Shown: piece after piece, positions 35,833 to 51,360 of the stretch | Numbering within the stretch: position 1 is the first letter of the stretch | Layout of the letters: the number at the start of each line of letters is the position of its first letter | Assembly (NCBI RefSeq): GCF_032444005.1 | Contig: NC_091289.1 | Span: 5,766,001 to 5,830,000 of the forward strand | Reading direction: 5' to 3' | DNA from: Ranitomeya imitator | Lineage: Eukaryota | DNA: 64,000 nucleotides | The notes under the pieces: model-generated | What the model was told of the DNA's origin: nothing | Database searches by the model: none | The model's input: only the letters and a program-made list of their open reading frames with translations | Translations under genes and position numbers: made by a program

Positions 35833-38420
35833 CAGTGGCGTAGGAAGAGGGGTGCGGGGGGGGCGGTCCGCCCCGGGCGGCACAATGCGGGGGGCGGCCG
35901 GCGCTGCAGAAGAAAAAAAAAAAAAAAAAAGACGCCCCTTTAAATCTTCGGGCGGCGCCGTCCGCCGCCACGAGCAGGGCCAGCTCCCCCCACCACCGGA
36001 CCCCGCCCCCCGCTCTATACTCACCTCTCCTGGTTCCTGCGGCGCCGGCAGCTGCAGCGTCCTCTGACTCTGCGACGTCTCAGAGCAGAGGGCGCGATGA
36101 CGTCACTACTGTGCGCGCCGCTCTGCCTCTCTGTCCTGAGCGTCGCAGAGCCGGAGAGACGCTGACTGCACCGGACCTGCGCTAGGAACGGGAGAGGTGA
36201 GGATTTTACTTTTTTTTTTCTTTATGTCTGACTGTCTGGGGCTGGGGCAATGCTGGAGACCATGGGGCAGATTGCTGGACACACTGGGGCAGTACTGGAG
36301 ACCATGGGGCAGAATGCTGGACACACTGGGGCAATACATGAGACCATGGGGCAGATTGCTGGACACACTGGGGCAATACATGAGACCATGGGGCAGATTG
36401 CTGGACACACTGGGGCAATACAGGAGACTATGGGGCAGATTGCTGGACACACTGGGGCAATACAGGAGACCATGGGGCAGATTGCTGGACACACTGGGGC
36501 AATACTGGAGACCATGGGGCAGAATGCTGGACACACTGGGGCAATACAGGAGACCATGTGGCAGAATGCTGGACACACTGGGGCAATACAGGAGACCATG
36601 GGGCAGATTGCTGGACACACTGGGGCAATACTGGAGACCATGGGGCAGAATGCTGGACACACTGGGGAAATACTGGAGACCATGGGGCAGAATGCTGGAC
36701 ACACTGGGGCAATACAGGAGACTATGGGGCAGATTGCTGGACACACTGAATACTGGAGACCATGGGGCAGATTTCAGGACACATTGAGGCAATGCTGGAG
36801 ACCCTGGGCAGACTTCTGGACATACTGGGGCAATACTGGAGACCATGGGGCAGATTGCTGGACACACCGGGGCAATATTGGAGACCATGGGGCAGAATGC
36901 TGGACACACTGGGGCAATACAGGAGACCATGGGGCAGATTGCTGGATACACCGGGGCAATACTGGAGACCATGGGGCAGAATGCTGGACACACTGGGGCA
37001 ATACAGGAGACCATGGGGCAGATTGCTGGATACACTGGGGCAATACTGGAGACCCTGGGGCAGATTTCTGGACACATTGAGGCAATGCTGGAGACCCTGG
37101 GGCAGACTTCTGGACACACTGGGGCAATGCTGGACACTGGGGCAGATTGCTGGACACACTGGGGGTAATATGCTGGATACACTGGGGCAATGCTGGACAC
37201 TGGGGGTAATATGCTGGACACACTAGGGCAGACTGCTGGACACACTGGGGAAAGGCTGGACACTGGGGCAGATTGCTGGACACACTGGGGGCAGTGCTGG
37301 ACATACTGGGGCAGATTGCTGGACACACTGGGGGTAATATGCTGGACACACTGGGGCAGATTGCTGGACAACATGGGGGTAATATGCTGGACACACTGGG
37401 GCAGATTGCTGGACAACATGGGGGTAATATGCTGGACACACTGGGGGCAGGACTTGAGGCATGGGCAGAATGTAGATACGGGGCATGATTGGAGACACGG
37501 GGCAGGATTGGATCATGGGGCAGGACGGATACGATGGAGGCTGGTGGGGCAGGATGGGGAGATCATATGGGGTAGAATGGATACTCATGAGGGCAGGATG
37601 CGAGAACATATGGCTGGAGCCAGGAATGAGAAACGGGGCCAGGGTGGGGAATATTATTACCATAGGGGCTAATTAAGGGATATTATTACTGCAGTGATGT
37701 ATTTATTTTATTTTTTGAGTGTACTGTTTTAAATGGGGGTCGGTCCTGTTACTGTGCAGGTGACACTATATCACCTTTTTTTCTTCATGTGATGTAATGT
37801 AGAAGTTGTGAAAAATTAAGTAATGTGTTCTGCAAGCGGAGCTCGAGATAACTGTGTTATTTCCTGCAGAAACGAGTCCTGGCTGGAAGGAATGATGGCG
37901 GTCTGTGCTGGATGAAAGATGAAGGACTTCACCTAGAGACGTCACTGGTGAGTCAGTGTTACCTATACACTGACACTATACACTGTATACTATATAGAGG
38001 TCCTGTGTATAATGTCACCAGTGATCTCTGTATTACCTCTACACAGACACTGCATACTAAGTACAGATCTCCTGTGAATACTGGCACTTATGGTGATAGT
38101 ATTGTGTTTTTTTTTTTATTACTGATCAGTATTGTAGTATTCAGTCACTATGTGGTGGTAATATGTGGTCTGGAAATGGTGTTGTGGTATTTGTCCCTTG
38201 TATGTAGTATTATTCGGTCACTATGTGGCCTGGTCATGGTGTGGTGGTATTAAGTCACAGGTGTGGCATGTGGGGGTGACACCATTAGGCCCAGTTTAAG
38301 TTCTACAAAACAGGAAAACCGTTTTTGGTAACCTTTGTGTGTATTGAGCCGGGGGGGGGGGGGGGGGGGCGCCAAACTCGGGAACAGCCCCGGGCGGCAA
38401 AAGCTCTAGCTACGCCTCTG
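35833..38420 (+). mobile_element. Non-autonomous hAT-type element 2 (2.6 kb)
   Basis: TIRs CAGTGGCGTAG / CTACGCCTCTG. Perfect 8-bp TSD CGTGTAAC at 35825-35832 and 38421-38428. Confidence 0.92.
36245..37445. repeat. 42-bp minisatellite inside hAT element 2
   Basis: Unit GGAGACCATGGGGCAGATTGCTGGACACACTGGGGCAATACT. Confidence 0.94.
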
Positions 38421-39377
38421 CGTGTAACATCCGGAGTCACTCCGCTCGGGGCGTTCATGTTGTGTGGAGACATTGTATCAGCACCCGTAGACTGGAGCCA
38501 GTGACACACATAGGGGGGATTCAATGGAAATGTTCGGAGGGGCTCAGATATTTCTCAGTCCCGGGGGCAGGAGCTGGAAATCATGATTGGCGTAAGTCCA
38601 CATAGACGCACATTCCGCCACTATTCAGACCAGGCAGATCGGGAAGATTGAAGGTGACGAGAAAGCTGCAGAGAAAAGGCAGCGATGTTTACCTGCCCAG
38701 GTCTCCACACAACTTTGCTTTTTTGATGAGAAACCTGCGCCTGCGATCACAAGACGCACAGTCATCGGATGTCTCAGTAGCGCAAACTTGAGATGGGATG
38801 GAAATTTCCAGAACTTGTATCCAATCATCTGATCTGAAAGGGTTAAATTTACTAGAGGGATAGTTTTTGGTGCAGGTATAGAAACAATTTCTGCACGTTC
38901 CGCCCCCTCTGTGGCCGATGATGGAGGGTCCTGAATGTGTGATGTCTTTTTGCCGGACACATGATTTTTTTTAAAGAACATAAACATGAAATATGTTAAT
39001 ATGTTGTTCATGACAATCCTCAATGTAACATTTACCGAATTGTGTTCTTACAGTAATTGGCATTTTCCTAGCGCGTCTGCAATTTATGACTTGGCCACCA
39101 GGTGGTGATGTAATTTATTTATTTTTATTTATTTTACTCCTTTTATAGCGCCATTAATTCCACAGCACTTTACAGACATCATGTAACAAGAGCGTCAGAC
39201 ACTAAATAACAGAAATAATGGAAGAAATCCCTGATTCCTTCATTCTGCTCTCTGTGCACTGACTTCCTGAGCAAGCTGGAAAAGTAAAGCTGTAGTGTAA
39301 AGTATGGAGGAGGAACACAGAAGAAGCTTGCACCTCAAATGACACAAGAGGTCGGTTTTAGACTTGCCCAGTCTCCT

Positions 39378-40630
<1,253 letters not shown>

Positions 40631-42865
40631 AGAACGGTATCTAAACCTCCTAAAACAACAATTTGTCCCATCATCCAGAACAATGTGGGGGTGATTCTAT
40701 TACCCCCATGATGGAGACCAGGTCATAAGTCAAAAGTGAGAACTAAGTGATTGGGGAACAAAACATTGACATTTTGTGTCCATGGGCAGAAACTCCCCAG
40801 ATTTCATCCCACTGAAAACCTGCAGTCAATCCTCAAAATGAGACAAACAAAACCCCAAAATTGTGATAACTCCGAGCTTTACTGAGACAAGAACGGGCGG
40901 CCAGAAGCCGATATCCAGCTGCCGGGGGAAGGGCAGAAATCTAGTGAATAAGGGGCAGATGACTGGAGAATGATTGGCAGCAGTGTGGAGAATATGAGGC
41001 AGGAGTCTGGAGAATAAGGGGCAGGAGTGCGGAGAATAAGGGGCAGGAGTGTGGAGAATAAGGGGCAGGAGTCTGGAGAATAAGGGGCAGGAGTGTGGAG
41101 AATAAGGGGCAGGAGTGTGGAGAATAAGGGGCCGGAGTGTGGAGAATAAGGGGCAGGAGTGTGGAGAATAAGGGGCAGGAGTGTGGAGAATAAGGGGCAG
41201 GAGTGTGGAGAATAAGGGGCAGGAGTGCAGAGAATATGAGGCAGGAGTCTGGAGAATAAGGGGCGGGAGTGTGGAGAATAAGGGGCGGGAGTGTGGAGAA
41301 TAAGGGGCGGGAGTGTGGCGAATAAGGAGCGGGAGTGTGGAGAATAAGGGGCAGGAGTGTGGAGAATAATGGGCGGGAGTGTGGAGAATAAGGGGCGGGA
41401 GTGTGGAGAATAAGGGGCGGGAGTGTGGAGAATAAGGGGCGGGAGTGTGGAGAATAAGGGGCGGGAGTGTGGAGAATAAGGGGCAGGAGTGTGGAGAATG
41501 AGGGGCAGGGGTGTGGAAAATGAGGGGCGGGAGTGTGGAGAATAAGGGGCGGGAGTGTGGAGAATAAGGGGCGGGAGTGCGGAGAATAAGGGGCGGGAAT
41601 GCGGAGAATAAGGGGCGGGAGTGTGGATGCGGAGAATAAGGGGCGGGAATGCGGAGAATAAGGGGCGGGAGTGTGGAGAATAAGGGGCGGGAGTGTGGAG
41701 AATAAGGGGCAGGAGTGTGGAGAATAAGGGGCAGGAGTGTGAAGAATAAGGGGCAGGAATGCGGAGAATAAGGGGCGGGAGTGTGGAGAATAAGGGGCGG
41801 GAGTGTGGAGAATAAGGGGCGGGAGTGTGGAGAATAAGGGGCAGGAGTGTGGAGAATAAAGGGCAGGAGTGTGGAGACTAAGGGGCAGGAGTGTGGAGAA
41901 TAAGGGGCGGGAGTGTGGAGGATAAGGGGCAGGAGTCTGGAGAATAAGGGGCAGGAGTCTGGAGAATAAGGGGCAGGAATGTGGAGGATAAGGGGCAGGA
42001 GTGCGGAGAATAAGGGGCAGGAGTGAGGAGGATAAGGGGCAGGAGTGTGGGGAATAAGGGGCAGGAGTGTGGAGAATAAGGGGCAGGAGTGTGGAGAATA
42101 AGGGGCAGGAGTGTGGAGAATAAGGGGCAGGAGTGTGGAGAATAAGGGGCAGGAGTGTGGAGAATAAGGGGCAGGAATGCGTAGAATAAGGGGCGTGAGT
42201 GTGGAGAATAAGGGACGGGAGTGTGGAGAATAAGGGACGGGAGTGTGGAGAATAAGGGACGGGAGTGTGGAGAATAAGGGACGGGAGTGTGGAGAATAAG
42301 GGGCGGGAGTGTGGAGAATAAGGGGCAGGAGTGTGGAGAATAAGGGGCGGGAGTGTGGAGAATAAGGGGCGGGAGTGTGGAGAATAAGGGGTAGGATTGT
42401 GGAGAATAAGGGGCAGGAGTGCGGAGAATAAGGGACGGGAGTGTGGAGAATAAGGGACGGGAGTGTGGAGAATAAGGGACGGGAGTGTGGAGAATAAGGG
42501 ACGGGAGTGTGGAGAATAAGGGGCGGGAGTGTGGAGAATAAGGGGCAGGAGTGTGGAGAATAAGGGGCGGGAGTGTGGAGAATAAGGGGCGGGAGTGTGG
42601 AGAATAAGGGGTAGGATTGTGGAGAATAAGGGGCATGAGTGTGGAGAATAAGGGGCGGGAGTGTGGAGAATAAGGGGCAGCGCTGGGAATATTGAGGCAT
42701 CACAGGAACTTCATGGATTTGTCAATAAAATGTAACACGGTGCGGAATGTTTATTATTGTCTGTCAGTAACCATAGAAACAACGACTAAAGAGTGAAAGC
42801 ACTGAAGAGGCAAAATGTGAAAACTAAAACCTGTACCAGTCTCTGAACTTTTGGCCAAGGCTGTA
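40631..42865 (+). mobile_element. 3' part of a second Tc1-family transposon B, split by a minisatellite
   Basis: Degenerate coding for HDG...KVxTKW.GEQNIDIL.PW..NSPD.xPxENL.SILK (40707-40850), C-terminus VENKGQRWEY* (42663-42695), and right TIR AACTTTTGGCCAAGGCTG + TA (to 42865) resembling the Tc1 end CAGTCGTGGCCAAAAGTT. Confidence 0.75.
40975..42680. repeat. 22-bp purine-rich minisatellite (about 77 copies)
   Basis: Unit GGAGAATAAGGGGC(A/G)GGAGTGT. Confidence 0.96.
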
Positions 42866-43364
42866 GACATTTTGCTTGTGTTTGTGAAACAAGGAGGCAA
42901 ATTAGTGTAATATAGTATTTTCCAAAAACTCATAACTTTGCAAAGGCTGATCAATAATTATGTATAACATTTTTTAGAGACCGTGCCTAATATTAATCAC
43001 TGTGAATTCCTGTATCTTGCAGACTGGTTGCTCGGTTTTCGCTCTTTCTATAGGCGCTGTGCTCTATAGGGATTGTGCATCTGTTGTTTCCATGTCTGAG
43101 GCGGTGACACATTATGGAAACATTGGGTCACTGTTTGCCGATTGATCATAATACAGGGCTCAGGGTCTGAGCTTCATAAATCCGTGAGCCCCATTGTGGT
43201 GTGGAGTCATAGAGGAGGGGTCCCTGGTTAGGACCCTAAACAGCAGTTTTTCATTTTAGAGGAATCTGTGCCAATAAAGCACCATGCTCTATGCAGACAT
43301 TGGACCAGCAGGGGGCAGCACTCAGATGTGAATTCAAACAGCAATAATGCTAGCATGAAGCCAA

Positions 43365-44195
43365 TAGACTAGTGAGTGCAGCTCTGGACGTGACTGGAGT
43401 ATTAGACGTGATGTAACAGCAGAATAGTGAGTGCAGCTCTGGAGGTGACTGGAGTATAAGACGTGACTTACGTGAATACCTGTAAAAAATTATAAATAAT
43501 AAATAGTATAAAATCATGTAAGACCCCCGGCCCAGCTTCATTCATACTACTATATACAACCCCAACTACATTCACACCGTCCTATATACAATATTATATA
43601 CAATATATACACTATAAACACATTATACTAAACCAAACACTATACAACACAACAAAACCCTGCTGGTCCCACTGCCGAACCTTACAGCCCCCCCTTACAC
43701 CACCACATTCTCCCTACAACAAACCTAAACACAACACAGTGTACAACATTAACATTTGCTTTTTTTTTTTAATTTATTTATTTTATTTTTTTTATTTATT
43801 TATTTTTTTATGTTATTGGAATTTTTCTTTCACGTCCTTGATTTGTAGGACATGAACTTTCTCCATTTTTGTTCCATTTCCGGTTTATTTCTTTGTGGCT
43901 TTTTGTCGTTTGTTGTCGTCTGATTGGAGCTTTGTTCTTATGTTTTGTTCTGTTGTGTTTTATTTGTAATGTATCACAGTTATTGTCATGTAAAGTATTT
44001 CATTTTATTTAATAAAAGACCTGGAGTATAAGACGTGATGTAACAGCAGAATAGGGACTGCAGCTCTGGAGGTGACTGGTGGATAAGATACAATGTAACA
44101 GCAGAATAGTGAGTGCAGCTCTGGAGGTGACTGGAGAATAAGACGTGATGTAACAGCAGAATAGTGAGTGCAGCTCTGGAGGTGACTGGAATACA
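43365..44195. repeat. Short 55-bp satellite interrupted by a 554-bp insertion
   Basis: Unit GCAGAATAGTGAGTGCAGCTCTGGAGGTGACTGGAGTATAAGACGTGATGTAACA on both sides of 43467-44020. Confidence 0.8.
43467..44020. mobile_element. Probable short retroposon insertion with an 18-bp direct repeat
   Basis: CTGGAGTATAAGACGTGA at 43449-43466 and 44021-44038; the insert ends in AATAAAAGAC. Confidence 0.5.
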
Positions 44196-44644
44196 GATAT
44201 ATGTCTCTTCCAGAGAATTATTATTAACCTGCTGACTATATATAACTAATGATGTCCGTGTAACTCTGAGGGTGTGACGGGGGAATAATCGAGGCTTTCT
44301 CCGAGGTGCAGCGTCCTGGACACGACTGAGATTTTCCTGAATGCAGCGAATATTCCTCGCTCCTCGGAGACATCACATCATCTGCAGCTGCCACAATACA
44401 AGGACTGGGACCAGTTAATGCTGCAGCTGCATGATGGAGTCTGGTCCCTGACATGGAGGACACGGGGGATTCATGGCTGCTCCGCTCACCCGTGACATCA
44501 TCACAAGTAACAAACTGGGGTCCTATGGAGCCCAGAACCCAGAACTGCAGGCAGCCGAGGATGTGCGCACTACAAATCCCAGCAGAGAAATGGAGGGTGT
44601 TCTAATCCACGTAATCAGTATCCTGCAACATCAGTTACTGAAAA

Positions 44645-47600
44645 GGTAGACAGTATCACACAGGATCGGATTAGATACACAGCTCAGCAGTCAGTATCAC
44701 ACAGGAGAGGATTAGATACACGGCTCAGCAGACAGTATCACACAGGAGAGGATTAGATACACAGCTCAGCAGTCAGTATCACAGGATAGGATTAGATACA
44801 CGGCTCAGCAGACAGTATCACACAGGAGAGGATTAGATACATGGCTCAGCAGTCAGCATCACACAGGAGAGGATTAGATACAGCTCAGCAGTCAGTATCA
44901 CACAGGAGAGGATTAGATACATGGCTCAGCAGTCAGCATCACACAGGAGAGGATTAGATACAGCTCAGCAGTCAGTATCACACAGGAGAGGATTAGATAC
45001 ACGGCTCAGCAGTCAGTATCACACAGGAGAGGATTAGATACAGCTCAGCAGACAGTATCACACAGGAGAGGATTAGATACACAGCTCAGCAGACAGTATC
45101 ACACAGGAGAGGATTAGATACACGGCTCAGCAGTCAGTATCACACAGGATAGGATTAGATACATGGCTCAGCAGTCACTATCACACAGGATGGGATTAGA
45201 TACACAGCTCAGCAGTCAGTATCACACAGGATAGGATTAGATACACGGCTCAGGAGTCAGTATCACACAGGATGGGATTAGATACACAGCTCAGCAGACA
45301 GTATCACACAGGAGAGGATTAGATACACAGCTCAGCAGTCAGTATCACACAGGAGAGGATTAGATACACGGCTCAGCAGACAGTATCACACAGGAGAGGA
45401 TTAGATACACAGCTCAGCAGTCAGTATCACAGGATAGGATTAGATACACAGCTCAGCAGACAGTATCACACAGGAGAGGATTAGATACATGGCTCAGCAG
45501 TCAGCATCACACAGGAGAGGATTAGATACACGGCTCAGCAGACAGTATCACACAGGAGAGGATTAGATACACGGCTCAGCAGACAGTATCACAGGAGAGG
45601 ATTAAATACACAGCTAAGCAGTCAGTATCACACAGGATAGGATTAGATACACGGCTCAGCAGTCAGTATCACACAGGATAAGATTAGATACACGGCTCAG
45701 CAGTCAGTATCACACAGGAGAGGATTAGATACACAGCTCAGCAGACAGTATCACACAGGAGAGGATTAGATACACGGCTCAGCAGTCAGTATCACACAGG
45801 ATAGGATTAGATACACGGCTCAGCAGACAGTATCACACAGGAGAGGATTAGATACACAGCTCAGCAGTCAGTATCACACAGGAGAGGATTAGATACACGG
45901 CTCAGCAGACAGTATCACACAGGAGAGGATTAGATACACGGCTCAGCAGTCAGTATCACACAGGATGGGATTAGATACACGGCTCAGCAGACAGTATCAC
46001 AGAGGATAGGATTAGATACACGGCTCAGCAGACAGTATCACACAGGATAGGATTAGATACACGGCTCAGCAGACAGTGTCACACAGGATAGGATTAGATA
46101 CACGGCTCAGCAGACAGTATCACACAGGAGAGGATTAGATACACGGCTCAGCAGACAGTATCACACAGGATAGGATTAGATACACGGCTCAGCAGACAGT
46201 ATCACACAGGATAGGATTAGATACACGGCTCAGCAGACAGTATCACACAGGATAGGATTAGATACACAGCTCAGCAGTCAGTATCACAGGATAGGATTAG
46301 ATACACGGCTCAGCAGACAGTATCACACAGGAGAGGATTAGATACATGGCTCAGCAGTCAGCATCACACAGGAGAGGATTAGATACAGCTCAGCAGTCAG
46401 TATCACACAGGAGAGGATTAGATACATGGCTCAGCAGTCAGCATCACACAGGAGAGGATTAGATACAGCTCAGCAGTCAGTATCACACAGGAGAGGATTA
46501 GATACACGGCTCAGCAGTCAGTATCACACAGGAGAGGATTAGATACAGCTCAGCAGACAGTATCACACAGGAGAGGATTAGATACACAGCTCAGCAGACA
46601 GTATCACACAGGAGAGGATTAGATACACGGCTCAGCAGTCAGTATCACACAGGATAGGATTAGATACATGGCTCAGCAGTCACTATCACACAGGATGGGA
46701 TTAGATACACAGCTCAGCAGTCAGTATCACACAGGATAGGATTAGATACACGGCTCAGGAGTCAGTATCACACAGGATGGGATTAGATACACAGCTCAGC
46801 AGACAGTATCACACAGGAGAGGATTAGATACACAGCTCAGCAGTCAGTATCACACAGGAGAGGATTAGATACACGGCTCAGCAGACAGTATCACACAGGA
46901 GAGGATTAGATACACAGCTCAGCAGTCAGTATCACAGGATAGGATTAGATACACAGCTCAGCAGACAGTATCACACAGGAGAGGATTAGATACATGGCTC
47001 AGCAGTCAGCATCACACAGGAGAGGATTAGATACACGGCTCAGCAGACAGTATCACACAGGAGAGGATTAGATACACGGCTCAGCAGACAGTATCACAGG
47101 AGAGGATTAAATACACAGCTAAGCAGTCAGTATCACACAGGATAGGATTAGATACACGGCTCAGCAGTCAGTATCACACAGGATAAGATTAGATACACGG
47201 CTCAGCAGTCAGTATCACACAGGAGAGGATTAGATACACAGCTCAGCAGACAGTATCACACAGGAGAGGATTAGATACACGGCTCAGCAGTCAGTATCAC
47301 ACAGGATAGGATTAGATACACGGCTCAGCAGACAGTATCACACAGGAGAGGATTAGATACACAGCTCAGCAGTCAGTATCACACAGGAGAGGATTAGATA
47401 CACGGCTCAGCAGACAGTATCACACAGGAGAGGATTAGATACACGGCTCAGCAGTCAGTATCACACAGGATGGGATTAGATACACGGCTCAGCAGACAGT
47501 ATCACAGAGGATAGGATTAGATACACGGCTCAGCAGACAGTATCACACAGGATAGGATTAGATACACGGCTCAGCAGACAGTGTCACACAGGATAGGATT

Positions 47601-49330
47601 AGATACACGGCTCAGCAGACAGTATCACACAGGAGAGGATTAGATACACGGCTCAGCAGACAGTATCACACAGGATAGGATTAGATACACGGCTCAGCAG
47701 ACAGTATCACACAGGATAGGATTAGATACACGGCTCAGCAGACAGTATCACACAGGATGGGATTAGATACACGGCTCAGCAGACAGTGCCACACAGGAGA
47801 GGATTAGATACACGGCTCAGCAGTCAGTGCCACACAGGAGAGGATTAGATACACGGCTCAGCAGACAGTGTCACACAGGATAGGATTAGATACACGACTC
47901 AGCAGACAGTATCACACAGGATAGGATTAGATACACGGCTCAGCAGTCAGTATCACACAGGAGAGGATTAGATACACGGCTGAGCAGTCAGTATCACACA
48001 GGAGAGGATTAGATACACGGCTCAGCAGACAGTGTCACACAGGATAGGATTAGATACACGGCTCAGCAGACAGTATCACACAGGAGAGGATTAGATACAC
48101 GGCTCAGCAGTCAGTATCACACAGGAGAGGATTAGATACACGGCTCAGCAGACAGTATCACACAGGATGGGATTAGATACACAGCTCAGCAGACAGTATC
48201 ACACAGGATAGGTTTAGATACACAGCTAAGCAGACAGTATCACACAGGAGAGGATTAGATACACGGCTCAGCAGTCAGTATCACACAGGATAGGATTAGA
48301 TACACGGCTCAGCAGACAGTATCACACAGGAGAGGATTAGGTACACGGCTCAGCAGACAGTATCACACAGGAGAGGATTAGATACACGGCTCAGCAGACA
48401 GTATCACACAGGAGAGGATTAGATACACGGCTCAGCAGACAGTATCACACAGGAGAGGATTAGATACACGGCTCAGCAGACAGTATCACACAGGAGAGGA
48501 TTAGATACACGGCTCAGCAGACAGTATCACACAGGAGAGGATTAAATACACGGCTCAGCAGACAGTATCACACAGGATAGGATTAGATACACGGCTCAGC
48601 AGACAGTATCACACAGGAGAGGATTAGATACACGGCTCAGCAGACAGTATCACACAGGAGAGGATTAGATACACGGCTCAGCAGACAGTATCACACAGGA
48701 TAGGATTAGATACACGGCTCAGCAGACAGTATCACACAGGATAGGATTAGATACACGGCTCAGCAGACAGTATCACACAGGAGAGGATTAGATACACGGC
48801 TCAGCAGACAGTATCACACAGGATAGGATTAGATACACGGCTCAGCAGACAGTATCACACAGGATAGGATTAGATACACGGCTCAGCAGACAGTATCACA
48901 CAGGAGAGGATTAGATACACGGCTCAGCAGACAGTATCACACAGGATAGGATTAGATACCCGGCTCAGCAGACAGTATCACACAGGATGGGATTAGATAC
49001 ACGGCTCAGCAGTCAGTATCACACAGGAGAGGATTAGATACACGGCTCAGCAGACAGTATCACACAGGATAGGATAAGATACCCGGCTCAGCAGACAGTA
49101 TCACACAGGATAGGATTAGATACACGGCTCAGCAGACAGTATCACACAGGAGAGGATTAGATACACGGCTCAGCGGACAGTATCACACAGGAGAGGATTA
49201 GATACACGGCTCAGCAGTCAGTATCACACAGGAGAGGATTGGATACACAGCTCAGCAGTCAGTATCACACAGGATAGGATTAGATACATGGCTCAGCAGT
49301 CAGTATCACACAGGAGAGGATTAGATACAT
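44645..49330. repeat. 41-bp satellite (about 115 copies, 4.7 kb)
   Basis: Unit CAGTATCACACAGGAGAGGATTAGATACACGGCTCAGCAGA, with 39-bp variants. Confidence 0.97.
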
Positions 49331-50227
49331 GTCATTCTCACATTCACGGAGCAGTCACTGCTGACATAAAAATTAATGTACAATTTGTTGCTGTTTCTAT
49401 AGTTCTGACTCTGCTCGGATCCCGCTGATCCAGGAGCAGAGATGATGGGAGTAGAGGTAGTTTTTATTTATTTTTTTACATTTCATTCTGTGGGAGGATT
49501 AATGCCTCACGATACAATGCAGCCACTATTCGGGGGGACGCAGACAGACGAGGCCCCGGCATAGAACATTATATGGGCCCTTTGAGGTCTGTATCTGCCC
49601 ATATTGCACAGTTCTTCCTACTTTGGGGCTGGATGTGGCCCCCAGATCTCTTGGGCCCCTTTGCGGCTGCAGAGGTTGCACCAGTGATATGTTCGCCTCT
49701 GCACCCATGATATGGCGCCAATCACTGACTGGCCCTTATGGCGCTGGGGTCTTCCTTAAAGGGCTCCTGTATATTTCTACAAGCAGTGAGTGGAGATTCT
49801 GGATGTCGGATCCGGATCTCATCGTCTCCACATTTGGTTGTAATCTCATTATTTCGGGGTAATCAGCTGTAATTTGAGGTTTCCTGCACTAATTTCTCTC
49901 ATTTAACATCCTCTGATGTAAGCACTGAGTGGTGAAGGGTTAATGGCCTGGATGTAGAACCGCTGACATACAGCAGCTTCTAGCACAGCGGCCACCCAAC
50001 TTTCCTGGACTCTGAATGGCGAGATCTGGCTTGTGATATACTCCCCGGTCCAGATGTCACAGAAGCCGTGGTGGATGTCACCCGCTCGCCGCCATTTATA
50101 GCGAGACTTTCCTTTCTGTGCAGGAAACTCAAAGATCAGAGAGGAGACAGATTGGTTGTCACTCAACTTTCCTTGAATCCTGAAAGGAAAAACTGCCTAA
50201 ATGATGAAATGATGTTCTCTCCCAATC

Positions 50228-51360
50228 CTAAATGATGGTGGTGATAGTGAGGATTATGATGATGTAACCCCAAATGATGGTGGTGATAGTGAGGATGATG
50301 ATGATGTAACCCCAAATGATGGTGGTGATAGTGAGGATGATGATGATGTAACCCCAAATGATGGTGGTGATAGTGAAGATGATGATGATGTAACCCCAAA
50401 TGATGGTGGTGATAGTGAGGATGATGATGATGTAACCCCAAATGATGGTGGTGATAGTGGGGATGATGATGATGTAACCCCAAATGATGGTGGTGGTGAT
50501 AGTGAGGATGATGATGATGTAACCCCAAATAATGATGGTGGTGATAGTGAAGATGATGATGATGTAACCCCAAATGATGGTGGTGATAGTGAAGATGATG
50601 ATGATGTAACCCCAAATGATGGTGGTGATAGTGAGGATGATGATGATGTAACCCCAAATGATGGTGGTGATAGTGAAAATGATGATGATGATGTAACCCC
50701 AAATGATGGTGGTGATAGTGAGGATGATGATGATGTAACCCCAAATGATGGTGGTGATAGTGAAGATGATGATGATGTAACCCCAAATGATGGTGGTGAT
50801 AGTGAGGATGATGATGATGTAACCCCAAATGATGGTGGTGATAGTGAGGATGATGATGATGTAACCCCAAATGATGGTGGTGATAGTGAGGATGATGATG
50901 ATGTAACCCCAAATGATGGTGGTGATAGCGAGGATGATGATGTAACCCCAAATGATGGTGGTGACAGTGAGGATGATGATGATGTAACCCCAAATGATGG
51001 TGGTGATAGTGAGGATGATGATGTAACCCCAAATGATAGTGGTGATAGTGAGGATGATGATGATGTAACCCCAAATGATAGTGGTGATAGTGAGGATGAT
51101 GATGATGTAACCCCAAATGATAGTGGTGATAGTGAGGATGATGATGATGTAACCCCAAATGATAGTGGTGATAGTGAGGATGATGATGATGTAACCCCAA
51201 ATGATGGTGGTGATAGTGAGGATGATGATGATGTAACCCCAAATGATGGTGGTGACAGTGAGGATGATGATGATGTAACCCCAAATGATGGTGGTGATAG
51301 TGAGGATGATGATGTAACCCCAAATGATGGTGATGACAGTGAGGATGATGATGATGTAAC
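50228..51360. repeat. 42-bp GAT/GGT-based minisatellite (about 27 copies)
   Basis: Unit GATGATGATGATGTAACCCCAAATGATGGTGGTGATAGTGAG; length variants differ by 3 nt. Confidence 0.95.

Noticed and set aside
44645-49330. CRISPR-like regular repeats (here and in the other arrays)
   Set aside because: The units are contiguous with no unique spacers, no cas genes are present, and the context is eukaryotic.
50163-51323. 386-aa His-rich ORF as a metal-binding protein
   Set aside because: It has a non-ATG start, no promoter or splice support, and is explained by (CAT)n slippage. It is kept only as a low-interest finding.
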